64,000 bases of DNA from Candidatus Omnitrophota bacterium (GCA_043826355.1 JBDRQI010000030.1:1-64000); one strand, 5' to 3'; positions 37,073-48,104 are shown, counted from the stretch's first letter. The notes: a model not told the origin generated them from the letters alone. Program-made: numbers and translations.

Positions 37073-38332
37073 ATGCCTGATTTTGAAGTTAAAGATATAA
37101 ATCTGTCTTCGGAAGGCGTGCGTCGTATCGAATGGTCCGGCCGGGAGATGCCGGTGCTCTTTTCCATTCGCGAACGTTTTGAAAAGACAAAACCCCTGGC
37201 CGGCCGGCGCATCGGAGCTTGTCTGCATATTACCTCCGAAACGGCAAACCTGGCGATTACTTTGCAGGCCGGAGGCGCCCGGGTTTATTTGTGCGCTTCC
37301 AACCCGTTAAGCACCAACGATAGCGTTGCCGCGGCACTGGCCAAGGAATACGGCGTCGCTGTTTTTGCTTTCCGCGGAGAAGAAAGAGATGATTACTACC
37401 GTCACCTTTCTTCGGTCCTGAAGGCAAAACCGGAAATACTTATGGATGACGGCGCTGACCTTATCAGCGCGGCGCATCAGAAGGATGAAGCTTTCTGTCG
37501 TACCGTCCTGGGTGGAACGGAAGAGACCACCACCGGCGTAATTCGTTTTCGCAATCTGGAAAAAGAAGGTAAGATTCGTTTTCCCATCATTGCGGTTAAT
37601 GAGGCGTTGACCAAACACCTTTTCGATAATCGTTACGGAACCGGGCAGTCAACTATCGACGGTTTACTGCGGGCAACTAATGTTCTTCTGGCCGGGAAAA
37701 AAGTGGTGGTGGCCGGTTACGGATGGTGCAGCCGGGGAATTGCGTCCCGTGCCAGGGGCATGGGTTCCATCGTAATCATAACCGAGGTGGACCCGCTGAG
37801 AGCCCTGGAAGCGTCCATGGACGGTTTCCAGGTTATGAAATCGGCGGAAGCCGCTAAAATCGGAGATATTTTTCTTACCGCTACCGGCAACCGGACCGTT
37901 TTTCGGGAAGAACATTTCCGGTTGATGAAAGACGGCGTAATTCTGGGTAACAGCGGACACTTCGACGTGGAAATTGATATTCCGGCTTTAGATAAGATGA
38001 GCAAAAGCCGGCGCACGATACGAGAAAACCTGGAAGAGTTTCAGATGAAGGACGGCCGCCGCATCTATCTGCTGGCGCAGGGCAGACTGCTTAATCTGGC
38101 TGCAGCCGAGGGTCATCCTTCGTCGGTGATGGACATGAGTTTTGCCAACCAGGCCCTCTCGGCGGAATACCTGACCGTCAAAGGCAAAGACCTTAAGCCG
38201 GTCCTCTATCCGGTTCCCGAAACGATTGACCGGGAAGTTGCCCGCCTGAAACTGGCCGCTTCCGGAATTGAAATTGATACCCTGACGGCCGAGCAGGAGG
38301 AATATCTTTCGGCCTGGCGTCTCGGCACCTAA
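37073..38332 (+). CDS. ahcY: Adenosylhomocysteinase
   Basis: [44 protein letters not shown]. Confidence 0.97.
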   Translation: MPDFEVKDINLSSEGVRRIEWSGREMPVLFSIRERFEKTKPLAGRRIGACLHITSETANLAITLQAGGARVYLCASNPLSTNDSVAAALAKEYGVAVFAFRGEERDDYYRHLSSVLKAKPEILMDDGADLISAAHQKDEAFCRTVLGGTEETTTGVIRFRNLEKEGKIRFPIIAVNEALTKHLFDNRYGTGQSTIDGLLRATNVLLAGKKVVVAGYGWCSRGIASRARGMGSIVIITEVDPLRALEASMDGFQVMKSAEAAKIGDIFLTATGNRTVFREEHFRLMKDGVILGNSGHFDVEIDIPALDKMSKSRRTIRENLEEFQMKDGRRIYLLAQGRLLNLAAAEGHPSSVMDMSFANQALSAEYLTVKGKDLKPVLYPVPETIDREVARLKLAASGIEIDTLTAEQEEYLSAWRLGT

Positions 38333-38347
38333 ACCACTGTTTCGTTT

Positions 38348-38406
38348 CCCTCCCCTTGGCGGCTGAAAGTCCGCCTCTGGCGGGGAGGGGTGAGGGAAGG
38401 GGATTT
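38348..38406. repeat. CCCTCCCC/GGGAGGG REP-like palindrome with nested CCGCCTCTGGCGG
   Basis: Intergenic; same family as 18184 and 40060. Confidence 0.7.
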
Positions 38407-38411
38407 GCGAC

Positions 38412-39371
38412 ATGCACTATTTAGTCACCGGCGGAGCCGGGTTCATCGGGAGCCACTTGTGCGAGTATCTGCTTTCGCACGGGCACCAGGTGACTGCGCT
38501 TGACGATTTGAGCACCGGCTGCCTGGAAAACATCAAGTCAATTCAAACCAACCCTGGTTTTCAACTGGTGGTTGACACCGTTCTCAACCGTTCCGGCCTG
38601 GAGAGTCTTGTTTCCAAGGCCGACATTATCTGTCATCTGGCGGCTGCCGTTGGCGTAAAAAATATTATTGAAAATCCGCTGCAGTCGTTGAAGACCAACG
38701 TGGAGGGCACGCTTAACGTGCTGGAAGCAGCCGTGCCATCAGGGCAGAGAGTTATTCTCACGTCAACCAGCGAAGTTTACGGTAAAAACGAAAACATCCC
38801 TTTTTCGGAAGAGAACGATCTGGTATTGGGTTCCACAACCATCCGGCGCTGGGGCTATGCTTGCAGTAAGGCGCTGGATGAATTTCTGGCGCTGGCTTAT
38901 TTTTCGGAAAAAAATGTCCCGGTGGTAATCGGGCGGCTTTTTAACACCATCGGGCCGCGGCAGACCGGCCGGTACGGGATGGTTGTGCCCAGGTTTGTCG
39001 GGCAGGCGCTGGCCGGGGAGGATATTACCGTTTACGGCGATGGCAAGCAGACCCGTTCCTTCACCTACGTCTCCGACGCGGTGGAAGCGCTTTATCTTTT
39101 TTCACAAAAGAAAAATATTATCGGCGGCGTCTTTAACATCGGGACCAAGGAAGAGGTTACAATTCAGGAATTAGCAAAAAGGGTAAAAATGTTATGCCGT
39201 AGTAACTCCCGCATTGTCCACCTGCCGCCGGAAGAGGCATACCAAGATGGTTTCGAGGATATGCGGCGCAGACTGCCGGATTTGTCCCGTATCAAAGAAG
39301 CGCTCGGTTACTCCCCCAAAGTTAACCTTGATGAAGCTCTCAAAAAAGTCATCGCCTCTTTTAGGGAGTAA
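38412..39371 (+). CDS. NAD-dependent sugar epimerase/dehydratase
   Basis: [27 protein letters not shown]. Confidence 0.92.
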   Translation: MHYLVTGGAGFIGSHLCEYLLSHGHQVTALDDLSTGCLENIKSIQTNPGFQLVVDTVLNRSGLESLVSKADIICHLAAAVGVKNIIENPLQSLKTNVEGTLNVLEAAVPSGQRVILTSTSEVYGKNENIPFSEENDLVLGSTTIRRWGYACSKALDEFLALAYFSEKNVPVVIGRLFNTIGPRQTGRYGMVVPRFVGQALAGEDITVYGDGKQTRSFTYVSDAVEALYLFSQKKNIIGGVFNIGTKEEVTIQELAKRVKMLCRSNSRIVHLPPEEAYQDGFEDMRRRLPDLSRIKEALGYSPKVNLDEALKKVIASFRE

Positions 39372-39374
39372 ATA

Positions 39375-40028
39375 ATGGACATGAGTGAGATTTATCGGAT
39401 GCGCTTTACGGAATCCGATAAAGAGAAAAAAACAAAGATGTGGCAAGTTTTAGTAAGGCATTATCTTCAGCAATTTGTAAAGAAAGATTTCGTGGTTTTA
39501 GACCTGGGCGCCGGCCATTGCGAATTTATCAACGATATTATTTGCGGTAAAAAGTACGCGGTGGACGTTAATCCCGGGGTTAAGGACTACGCGGGCGCAG
39601 GGGTTGAAGCGCTAATCTCCGAAAGTACGGAAATTTCAGTTATTCCGGATAATTCAATTGACCTGGTGTTTTCCAGTAATTTTTTTGAACATCTGCCTGA
39701 CCGGGAAACAGCTCTTAAAACTTTACAGGAAGTCAGGCGGATACTGAAATTTCAAGGTTCAATCGTTCTTATTTCACCCAATATTGCCTGCGTGCGCTGG
39801 GAATTCTGGAATTTTTTCGACCATACTCTTCCGTTCAGCCATCAAGGTTTTTGCGAAGCCCTCGCCGTTTCCGGTTTTGAAATTAAAAAAGTGGTACCGC
39901 GTTTTCTTCCCTATACCACCAAAACCCGGTTGCCCCAATCTTCCCGGCTCCTCCGTTTTTATCTAAAATTCCCCTTGTGCTGGCGCCTTTTCGGAAAGCA
40001 AATGCTGATTGTGGCAGAGAAAAGATGA
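39375..40028 (+). CDS. Class I SAM methyltransferase
   Basis: VLDLGAG, SNFFEHL. Confidence 0.85.
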   Translation: MDMSEIYRMRFTESDKEKKTKMWQVLVRHYLQQFVKKDFVVLDLGAGHCEFINDIICGKKYAVDVNPGVKDYAGAGVEALISESTEISVIPDNSIDLVFSSNFFEHLPDRETALKTLQEVRRILKFQGSIVLISPNIACVRWEFWNFFDHTLPFSHQGFCEALAVSGFEIKKVVPRFLPYTTKTRLPQSSRLLRFYLKFPLCWRLFGKQMLIVAEKR

Positions 40029-41584
40029 GTCGTAAATCATCTCCCCCGTCATTGAAAATCCTCTCCCCGCCGGGGAGAGGTGAGGTGAGGGGGGCAGGAC
40101 AGTCGTCCCACCTGTCATTGCGAGGCCGCCTTGGCGGCCGCGGCAATCTCATCCTTCTCGCCATTCTTCTTCTCGGTCTCACCCTCCGCCTCGCCTACCT
40201 TTCCGAATTTCGCCAGACCCCGTTCTTTAACGCCCAACTGCTTTCCGGGCTGGACCAGCGCACCTGGGACGAACTCGGCGCGAAGGCGATGACCTATCCC
40301 TGGTTTGTCGACGGCAGTCCTTTCTACCAGCCGCCCGGTTACGCCTATTTTCTGGCCGTAGTTTACCGTATTTTCGGTGTTCACAATTATCTGGCCGCCG
40401 GCATCATCCAGGTTCTGCTTGATTTGTTGGCCGCATTCCTTATTTTTCTTATCGGAAAACGGCTCTGGAACGATTGGGTCGGCTTGGTTGCCTGCGGTCT
40501 CTATTCTTTTTACCGGCCCTTTATCTATTACTCGGCTACGCTCCTGAGCGACAGTTTTATCCTCTTTACCAACGTTCTCTGTCTTTTTCTGATTTACTGG
40601 ACCTTGGAACGTCCGGAGCGGAAAGACCGTTGGCTGCTGGCCGGTCTGGGTTTTGGTCTGGCTGCTGTTGCCAAGCCCACCATCCTCTTTTTTCTCTTTT
40701 TGTCATTTCTGGTTGTCGTGATGAACCTGCGGAAGCAGGTGTGGCAATTTCGTCGTTCTTTTCTTCTCGGCTCTCTCCTTTTTATCGTCGGTTTTTCCCT
40801 GCTGGTTGCGCCGATTTTCATCCGTAACTCTCTTTTGGCCGGCAAATTTGTGACCATCTCTACCAATGGACCGGTGGCCTGGCGGTTCGGCAACAGCGCC
40901 GACAGCATCGGACTTTTTGTTTATCCCAAGGGACCGTTGCTCTCGCCGGCCTCCCTTGATTTCTGGAAATTGTGGGGAAGGAAGACCCTTTTCTTCTTCT
41001 CTTCTTACGAATGGCCGCAAAACCTGAATATCTACCTGTTGGCTTCCATAACCAAAACCCTGAAATTCCCCCTTTTTGGTTTTGGCCTTATCGTTCCGCT
41101 GGGATTAGTCGGATTTTTTACCGCATCAAATATAAAGTTTCGTTATCTTCAGGTTTACACGTTTGCCGGTGTCGTTTCTGTCGTGGCTTTTTTTATTACC
41201 GGTCGTTACCGGCTTCCGGCCGTAGCCGGTTTTATCCTTCTGGCCTCCGGCTATCTCTATTTCCTTTTTGAAAAAATCAGGTCATTGCGAGGAACGTTTT
41301 TTGTGACGCGGCAATCCCGTCGCCCGTTCGTCGAATCCCTCCATCCCGCCCGAGATTTAATTTCGGTTCTCTCCAGTCTTTTCGCTCTGGCAATCATTTC
41401 TTTCATTCTGGTTAATTCCTGGTCCGGCCCGCGCATCGGAGATGTCCATGTCAAAAATTACGCCTTTGTTACCCGAAAATCCATCGCTTATGATCAGGCA
41501 CACGGCCACGCCGCCCTGGCCCAAAAGAAGATAGTTACCTTCACCCGGCTTATTCTACAGTACCAATCCGGCCAACTCCCCTAA
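40025..41584 (+). CDS. ArnT/PMT-family (GT-C) glycosyltransferase carrying in-frame REP insertions
   Basis: FYQPPGY.YFL, KP, RN, GRYRLP; multi-TM. Confidence 0.85.
   Translation: MSRKSSPPSLKILSPPGRGEVRGAGQSSHLSLRGRLGGRGNLILLAILLLGLTLRLAYLSEFRQTPFFNAQLLSGLDQRTWDELGAKAMTYPWFVDGSPFYQPPGYAYFLAVVYRIFGVHNYLAAGIIQVLLDLLAAFLIFLIGKRLWNDWVGLVACGLYSFYRPFIYYSATLLSDSFILFTNVLCLFLIYWTLERPERKDRWLLAGLGFGLAAVAKPTILFFLFLSFLVVVMNLRKQVWQFRRSFLLGSLLFIVGFSLLVAPIFIRNSLLAGKFVTISTNGPVAWRFGNSADSIGLFVYPKGPLLSPASLDFWKLWGRKTLFFFSSYEWPQNLNIYLLASITKTLKFPLFGFGLIVPLGLVGFFTASNIKFRYLQVYTFAGVVSVVAFFITGRYRLPAVAGFILLASGYLYFLFEKIRSLRGTFFVTRQSRRPFVESLHPARDLISVLSSLFALAIISFILVNSWSGPRIGDVHVKNYAFVTRKSIAYDQAHGHAALAQKKIVTFTRLILQYQSGQLP
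40060..40150. repeat. Two REP elements within the 5' coding region
   Basis: CCTCTCCCC/GGGGAGAGG-TGAGGTGAGGGG (40060-94) and TGTCATTGCGAG...GCAATCTC (40113-50). Confidence 0.75.
41281..41318. repeat. GTCATTGCGAG-type REP inside a CDS
   Basis: GTCATTGCGAGGAAC...GACGCGGCAATCCC. Confidence 0.7.
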
Positions 41585-41671
41585 CGTTGTCATTGCGGCT
41601 CCATTCGGCAGGCTAGGCGTCCTCCTTCGCCAAGGCTTCGGCGGACGAGTCCCGCCTGTTATGCGTTACAT

Positions 41672-41711
41672 TTGACATTTTCGTTCTACTCGTTTAAAAT
41701 AGATTAAACGA
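41672..41711 (+). promoter_or_regulatory. Sigma70 promoter with overlapping palindromic operator
   Basis: TTGACA-17-TAAAAT; TCGTTTAA-6-TTAAACGA over the -10 and start. Confidence 0.75.
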
Positions 41712-41712
41712 T

Positions 41713-42201
41713 ATGAATAACTATAAAAAACCGGAGGAAATCAGAGACCGTTTTATCGGTGAAATCGGCCGCCTGGGCGAAAGCATCGGTCTTAACCGGA
41801 CAATCTGCCAAATGTATGCCCTGCTTTATCTGGAGGAAGGCCCGCTCTCATTGACGGAATTAAGCCGGATGTTGCACATCAGCAAGGGCAGTGCCAGCCT
41901 CAATATCCGGAAATTGGAGGAGTGGGGGGCGGTCAAGTCAATCTGGCGCAAAGGTTCCACCCAGAATTACTACCAGGGGAACCGCGATCTCTGGGATATC
42001 GCCAAGAGCCGAATAAACTCCGGACTCAAGAAACGGCTTGATTTAATTGACGAAGGCATCGCGGAATTGGACGAAGTGGTCAAGCCCAATGGAAAGATTT
42101 CGGCGGGGGAATTGAAAATGCGGAAAGCTTATTCCCGGCGTTTCGGTGAAATCAAGGATTTCTCCAGGAAGACCAGGCAATTACTGGATATTTTCCAATG
42201 A
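41713..42201 (+). CDS. GbsR/MarR-family transcriptional regulator
   Basis: GLNRT..QMYALLYL...LS..L.ISKGS.S...L..WG.V. Confidence 0.88.
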   Translation: MNNYKKPEEIRDRFIGEIGRLGESIGLNRTICQMYALLYLEEGPLSLTELSRMLHISKGSASLNIRKLEEWGAVKSIWRKGSTQNYYQGNRDLWDIAKSRINSGLKKRLDLIDEGIAELDEVVKPNGKISAGELKMRKAYSRRFGEIKDFSRKTRQLLDIFQ

Positions 42202-42258
42202 CTTTTCCGCGGATTGTCGTCTCTTTTTCGGTAGATTTCTGTAATTGGGGGTAGGGTA

Positions 42259-43623
42259 ATGTTTGATGATAATGTACCGCTTGAACCTTTCTGGGTTGGT
42301 CGCCTGCCGCTTTTTTTGCAGAAAAAAATCAAAGGCCGATATAATCTCCAGAAAATAATTTCCAATATGAGCTGGTTATTTTTGGATAAAGTTCTGCGGA
42401 TGGGTGTTGGATTTGTAGTAGGTGTCTGGGTTGCAAGATACCTTGGACCGGAGCAGTTTGGAATAATAAATTACAGCGCTGCTTTTGTGGGAATTTTTGG
42501 TTCCATTGCTACTTTAGGACTTGATAATATAGTAATCAGAGAAATAGTCAGACAGCCCGACGAAAAGTATTCGCTTGTCGGTACGGCTTTTTTGCTTAAG
42601 CTTTTTGCTTCAGCGGTTTCTTTTTTGCTTTCCGTTCTCGCTATCCATTTTTTCAAGAGTGATAAACTGGTCAAAATTACGGTTGTAATCATTGCCGCCG
42701 GAATGATTTTTCAATCTTTTGATGTCATCAGATTTTGGTTTGAATCTCAGGTAAAATCCAAATATGTGGTTATCGCGCAAAATGCCGCTTTTTTAATCGC
42801 GGCGGTCATTAAAATAATTCTTTTGATTTCCAGGGCTTCATTAATGGCTTTTGTATGGACCATGCTGGCTGAGGTGTTGCTTGGTGCAATCGGGGTAATT
42901 TTTTATTACAAATTTACCGGTGAGCAATTTTTGAAGTGGAAATTCAGGGTGACCGTCGCAAAAGCACTGCTAAGGGATAGCTGGCCGCTCATGTTTTCGG
43001 GGCTGGCCATTTTTGTTTATATGAGGATTTCACAGGTCATGCTGGGGAGTCTTCTCAATGAGCGGGAGGTTGGTATCTATTCCTCCGTTCTTAGAATAAG
43101 CGAATTATGGTATTTTATCCCGACCATTGTGTTAATTTCGGTTTACCCAAAACTTATTAATCTTTATAATGAGAATGAAGATTTGTACGCAGAAAAACTC
43201 ATAAACATAATGCGGTTATTCTTCTGGTTTTCTCTGACGATTTCAATTTTCGTTCTTATCTTTTCCGAAACCATCATATCCATTCTGTACGGTAAAGAGT
43301 ATCTGGCGGCTGCTCCGGTCCTTTCCATACACATTTTTTCTGGTATAATAGTCAGTATGAGCATTATATTCAGCCATCGTTTTATACTTAAAAATCAACA
43401 GAAAATTTCTCTTTACGGAACCATTTTTGGATGTGTGGTCAGTATTGTCCTGAATTTTTTACTGATTCCCAGGTATGCTTCCAGCGGAGCCGCCGTCGCG
43501 GTACTTATTGCTTATATATCTCCGCTGATTTTTGTCAGCATATTCTTCGATAAAACCGTCGGTACTATTTTTTTGAAATCAGTATTTAACTTAAACCTAA
43601 ACCTAAACAGGAAGAACAATTAA
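42259..43623 (+). CDS. wzx: Polysaccharide flippase
   Basis: N..WL..DK, ARYLGPEQFG, SWPL, VGIYS, LIP.Y...GAA.A. Confidence 0.9.
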   Translation: MFDDNVPLEPFWVGRLPLFLQKKIKGRYNLQKIISNMSWLFLDKVLRMGVGFVVGVWVARYLGPEQFGIINYSAAFVGIFGSIATLGLDNIVIREIVRQPDEKYSLVGTAFLLKLFASAVSFLLSVLAIHFFKSDKLVKITVVIIAAGMIFQSFDVIRFWFESQVKSKYVVIAQNAAFLIAAVIKIILLISRASLMAFVWTMLAEVLLGAIGVIFYYKFTGEQFLKWKFRVTVAKALLRDSWPLMFSGLAIFVYMRISQVMLGSLLNEREVGIYSSVLRISELWYFIPTIVLISVYPKLINLYNENEDLYAEKLINIMRLFFWFSLTISIFVLIFSETIISILYGKEYLAAAPVLSIHIFSGIIVSMSIIFSHRFILKNQQKISLYGTIFGCVVSIVLNFLLIPRYASSGAAVAVLIAYISPLIFVSIFFDKTVGTIFLKSVFNLNLNLNRKNN

Positions 43624-44438
43624 TGCATCCGGAAACCTTTTTTAATCATAAAAATGAAATTATTTCCCGGCTTCAAAAATTGTGTTTCATGTTGGGGCTG
43701 AGCGGACTTAAAATTCCCGATTACAGAGTAGAGGTTTTGGAGATTTTGTGCGACGCAATCAATGATGTGTTGGAATATTACAAAATTGACAATAATGCTT
43801 TTTGGGAAAAATATTATAGTTGGGAAGAACGCGAAAAAGAACTTTTTGAAAATTCCAAAAACCTTGAGGAATTCTATAAAAGCTGGAACGGAATTTCTGC
43901 GGAATTGAATATTTGCGCCAATGTTGTCAATCAAATGATCTGGTGGGAAAATTATAATGTCATCTCCTATTTTTTCAAGAATTCAAAGCATATCATAGAT
44001 TACGGATGTGGCACCGCTGTTCTTACCGTCGGGTTGGCTTTAAAGAAAAAAATCTCCGGAACAATTCTATTGCTTGATGTTCCAAATGATGTTAATAAAT
44101 TTGTGAAATATAGACTCGATAAACATAAATTGACCAATATAAGTTTTATAAATGTTTTTGATTATAACCAGGAGAACATCGCAGACGGCGTTATATGCCT
44201 TGATGTTTTGGAACATTTACCGAATTCTTCCGATATTTTTATAAATAAAATTTCGCCGGTTTTAAAAAGAGGCGGAGTTCTTTTCATGAGGGCACCCTGG
44301 AGAGGCCAGCTGACTCATATCGGTGGGGCGGCAGATAATTTTTATCGGGCAGGTGGGAGAAAGTTTTTGGGTAGGAATTTCAGGGAATTGTACAGATTAA
44401 ACCCCCTGGATATTAATTGTGTGTACAGGAAAAAATAA
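43623..44438 (+). CDS. Class I SAM methyltransferase
   Basis: IIDYGCG, LDVLEHL. Confidence 0.8.
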   Translation: MHPETFFNHKNEIISRLQKLCFMLGLSGLKIPDYRVEVLEILCDAINDVLEYYKIDNNAFWEKYYSWEEREKELFENSKNLEEFYKSWNGISAELNICANVVNQMIWWENYNVISYFFKNSKHIIDYGCGTAVLTVGLALKKKISGTILLLDVPNDVNKFVKYRLDKHKLTNISFINVFDYNQENIADGVICLDVLEHLPNSSDIFINKISPVLKRGGVLFMRAPWRGQLTHIGGAADNFYRAGGRKFLGRNFRELYRLNPLDINCVYRKK

Positions 44439-44555
44439 TATTATGCGTGTTTTAATTTGTCCCACAAATATTCTGTGGACTAATACGCCTGAAATACGAT
44501 TAGAACGGATGTGACATTCCTGGCCGGGTTTATCCATTTAAGCACGTTTAACATT

Positions 44556-45506
44556 ATGAAAATCGGTTTTTATATTTGCTGGAATAAAGGTTCGCTTGAA
44601 GGTTCGGGTAATGTTTTGGGCGACGAGCTTTTTGCCGAATCCATGTGCCGGTTTTTAGGGCGCATAAAGACCGTTAAAAACTGCAAGGTTTATGCTCCCA
44701 ACGATCTGCCTTCGGGAAAACTGGACCTGATGGTTTATTTGAATGATACTCCGCCTAATCCAGGCTGGGCTGGAAAGCATTTGCTTTATATTCAGAACGC
44801 GCGGCCGGAAGGAGCAGATAAATTTTTACGAGAGTTCCATAAGTTAGGTTACGACGGTTATGCTTTTGTTTCCAGCCGGCTCCTGGAAATACACAAAAAG
44901 ACGGGTCGTGACGGTATCTATCTACCCTTTGGAGTTGATACGGAATTCTTCTATCCCAGGCAGCAGGACCGTAGTTATGTTTTTGAGGTCGCCTATGTCG
45001 GCAATGACATCAAAGGAGAACAGCGGACGCTGCGTTATCTGTATCCGGCCGTGGATTTTAATTTTGGACTTTACGGAACCTGGAATTCATTCCGTCGGTT
45101 TCAATTCTGGAAAAACCGGCCGTACCAGGCGAAGTTTTTTAGAATTTCAAAAGGGAAAATTCCTCAGAATGATGTGCCTGTTTTGTATTCAAGCGCGAAA
45201 ATAAATTTAAACTGCACCGCCCAGGACTGTGTTGACTGGGATGTTATAACCCTGAGAACTTTGGAAGTTTTGGCCTGCGGGGGTTTTCTTATAACAGACA
45301 AGGTTCCGATGGCCGAGAAGGAACTCAGTGACTGCGTCGTGTTTACCGAAGGCGGCGCTGATTTAACTGAAAAGATAAAGTATTATCTCGCCAACGCGGT
45401 GGAGCGGAAGAGAGTGTCCGGCAACGGTTATGAGTATGTTCTTAAGCGCGCTTCTTTAAAAGTTCGCATGGATGCATTGTATCGGTATGTTGATTCGATA
45501 TTATGA
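44556..45506 (+). CDS. CgeB-like (GT4-like) glycosyltransferase
   Basis: YSSAKINLN, RTLEVLACGGFLITD. Confidence 0.8.
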   Translation: MKIGFYICWNKGSLEGSGNVLGDELFAESMCRFLGRIKTVKNCKVYAPNDLPSGKLDLMVYLNDTPPNPGWAGKHLLYIQNARPEGADKFLREFHKLGYDGYAFVSSRLLEIHKKTGRDGIYLPFGVDTEFFYPRQQDRSYVFEVAYVGNDIKGEQRTLRYLYPAVDFNFGLYGTWNSFRRFQFWKNRPYQAKFFRISKGKIPQNDVPVLYSSAKINLNCTAQDCVDWDVITLRTLEVLACGGFLITDKVPMAEKELSDCVVFTEGGADLTEKIKYYLANAVERKRVSGNGYEYVLKRASLKVRMDALYRYVDSIL

Positions 45507-46864
45507 AAATATTATTTGTTAATCCGCCGGTTATCAGGTCGGCCAACTCCAAACCGGAAAATAATTTTAAAGTTGACGGTTTGGTGGTCAGCGGATTTTT
45601 GGGTAAGATACGCGGTCTAACCAGAATTATTCGCTTGGCAAACCGCATAGCCGGCAAAGAGATTAGGTATGGTGTAAGGGCCGGTTCGAGATGGCCGTGG
45701 ACAATGTCTTCCCCGCACGGGGGTCCACCCTACCCCTTTTTTATGGGATATTCGGCGGCGTTACTACAGGCGAATGGTTTTGAAACGGATATTTTTGATG
45801 CGGTTGTCAACAAAGAGTATAATTACCAACGCTTTTTGGAAAAAGTTGTAAATGCAAAATCCGATATTGCCGTTATCGAATGCTCTACACCTACCATTGA
45901 TATTGATTTGTGGTTTGCTGAAAAATTAGCAAATTTTACCGAAGTGGCTTTAGCCGGTCACCACCTTGTTCAAGAAGCCGAAAATCTACAGCGGAAAAAT
46001 CCGTGCATACGATACCTTCTCAAGGGAGAATATATATTGAGTTCATTAAAAATGGCCAAAACAAAGAGAAAAGGAATATACGAACCCGAAGTGGTTAAAG
46101 AAATAGATGCCATTCCTTTTCCATTCAGAAATTTTAGAGGGGGGGAATGCTATTATGACCCAACTATGCCCACCAAAAGGCCGCAACTGCAAATATACGG
46201 CAGCAAAGGTTGTCCTTTCAAGTGTACATTTTGCGCCTGGCCGCAAACGATGTATTTTGGTAATGTTTCACTGAGAGACCCAAAAAAGATTTCAGAAGAG
46301 ATTAAGGAAGCAGTGAAACTACACGGATACAAAAGCATCTTTTTCGATGATGACACATTTAATCTTGGCACAGATAGGATTGCTACACTGTGCGATTGTC
46401 TTAAGAAGATTGGTTTACCATGGACGATGATGGGCAGACTTGATTGTTCTCCTGTTTGGCTTTATGATAAGATGGTTGTCAGCGGGTGTGTGGGTATGCG
46501 TTTTGGCATCGAAACATTTGATCTGGAAATATTAAAGAAAGTTAAAAAGGGCATAGAAAAAAAAGATTTTTTGGCAATATTGAAGAATATCACGGCCAAG
46601 TTTCCACACGTAATGATTCATTTGACCATGATGAAAGATATGCCTGGCATGACGGACGAGATGCATAACCACGATATGAAAATCCTGAAAGAACTCGGTT
46701 ACGCTACGAATAACATAATGCGAAGCTATCAACTTTCACAATGCGTACCATTTCCCGGAACTGAAATGTACCGGGAATTGGCTGGAAAATATGGTGCAGA
46801 AACATTAAATGAGTATCGTTTGTATGATGGTGGGCAAGAAACAGTTATGAAAAATATAAAATAA
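45503..46864 (+). CDS. Cobalamin-binding-type radical SAM protein
   Basis: KILFVNPP, RAGSRWP, SKGCPFKCTFC, FDDDTF, GIET, PFPGT. Confidence 0.88.
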   Translation: MKILFVNPPVIRSANSKPENNFKVDGLVVSGFLGKIRGLTRIIRLANRIAGKEIRYGVRAGSRWPWTMSSPHGGPPYPFFMGYSAALLQANGFETDIFDAVVNKEYNYQRFLEKVVNAKSDIAVIECSTPTIDIDLWFAEKLANFTEVALAGHHLVQEAENLQRKNPCIRYLLKGEYILSSLKMAKTKRKGIYEPEVVKEIDAIPFPFRNFRGGECYYDPTMPTKRPQLQIYGSKGCPFKCTFCAWPQTMYFGNVSLRDPKKISEEIKEAVKLHGYKSIFFDDDTFNLGTDRIATLCDCLKKIGLPWTMMGRLDCSPVWLYDKMVVSGCVGMRFGIETFDLEILKKVKKGIEKKDFLAILKNITAKFPHVMIHLTMMKDMPGMTDEMHNHDMKILKELGYATNNIMRSYQLSQCVPFPGTEMYRELAGKYGAETLNEYRLYDGGQETVMKNIK

Positions 46865-47709
46865 TGAAAGTAGCAATCATTGGCGCGTCGGGCTTTATCG
46901 GCGGTTATCTGTTTAACTTTTTTGAAAAAGAACGGTTTGATACGGTGGGTACATATTTCAGACATTATAATAACTCAAAATATATCCATTTGGATGCAAC
47001 CAATTTTGATACCGTAAGCGATTTTGTTTTTTCTGAAAAACCTGATTTTTTGATTCTGACCGCCGCCAATAAAAACGTTCAAGATTGTGAAGTAAACCAC
47101 GAACAGGCGTATCAAATTAACGTGAAACCTATTGAAAATATAGTTAAATGCTTAAGTCGCAGTGATACTTTGACTAAATCGATATTTTTTTCATCGGACT
47201 ATGTTTTTGATGGTGAGCGGGGAAATTATCATGACAATGATATACCAAACCCTACCACGAACTACGGAAAGACAAAATTAATTGCAGAGAAAATTTTGCT
47301 AACGTCAAGTTTAGATTTTAAAATAGTCAGAACCTCTGCGGTTATTGGCAGCGGAAGTCAGTTTTACGATTGGCTGTTGAACGAACTTCAATCTAAACCC
47401 GGAATAAATGCCTTTTCTAATGTATTTTTTACACCAACTCCAATCGACGTGCTTTTAAACGGTATTTTATGTTTAATGAATAATTGGGCAAAAATAGGGC
47501 AAAAGACACTTCATATAGTTGGTAACCGAAAAATGAGCAGATATGAATTCTGTTTGGGCGTAAAAAATTTGTCAAAAAAATATTTGGCCAAAATTATTGC
47601 AGAAGAAGTAGATTTTTCAAAAGTCACTTTAAAAAAGGATTTGTCACTCATTTGTTCGGATGCTTTTTCGCAAAATAACTGCAGGATAATTTTTGATTAT
47701 TTGGAATAA
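46864..47709 (+). CDS. RmlD-like NDP-sugar reductase (SDR)
   Basis: GASGFIG, SSDYVFDG, YGKTK. Confidence 0.85.
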   Translation: MKVAIIGASGFIGGYLFNFFEKERFDTVGTYFRHYNNSKYIHLDATNFDTVSDFVFSEKPDFLILTAANKNVQDCEVNHEQAYQINVKPIENIVKCLSRSDTLTKSIFFSSDYVFDGERGNYHDNDIPNPTTNYGKTKLIAEKILLTSSLDFKIVRTSAVIGSGSQFYDWLLNELQSKPGINAFSNVFFTPTPIDVLLNGILCLMNNWAKIGQKTLHIVGNRKMSRYEFCLGVKNLSKKYLAKIIAEEVDFSKVTLKKDLSLICSDAFSQNNCRIIFDYLE

Positions 47710-47720
47710 AGGAGATTACT

Positions 47721-48104
47721 TTGCTCACGTTTATCAAAAGATATTTTTTGCATAAGGATGATAAGGGAAGCCTGGAGGGGCTTGTAAATTTTGGAAACTG
47801 GCGAGAATTTAACATGATATACTCAGAAGAAGGGAGTATCAGGGGAAATCACTTTCATAAAGACACGGCAGAGTTGTTTATAATTTTGGGAGGCGAAATT
47901 GAAGTACGGGTTCAAAGGGTGGCAGGCGGGCTATTGGTTGGAGAATCTCAAAAGTTTCTTGTTCAAAAAGGGGATGTGTTTATGATTGAGGCAGAAATAA
48001 ATCATGTTTTTAAAGTAAAAAAACAGAGCAACTGGATAAATGTGCTTTCTAAAGCAATTAATAAAAACAATCCAGACATTCACAGAGCCAATATATTGAA
48101 ATGA
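47721..48104 (+). CDS. Cupin (WxcM/FdtA-like sugar isomerase)
   Basis: RGNHFH...E, H in the second cupin motif. Confidence 0.75.
   Translation: MLTFIKRYFLHKDDKGSLEGLVNFGNWREFNMIYSEEGSIRGNHFHKDTAELFIILGGEIEVRVQRVAGGLLVGESQKFLVQKGDVFMIEAEINHVFKVKKQSNWINVLSKAINKNNPDIHRANILK

Noticed and set aside
43588..43608. CTAAAC microsatellite at the wzx 3' end as a phase-variation site
   Set aside because: Only about three hexamer units, frame-neutral
44443..44514. Short ORF MRVLICP...
   Set aside because: 23 codons; possibly a deleted-gene remnant but unsupported
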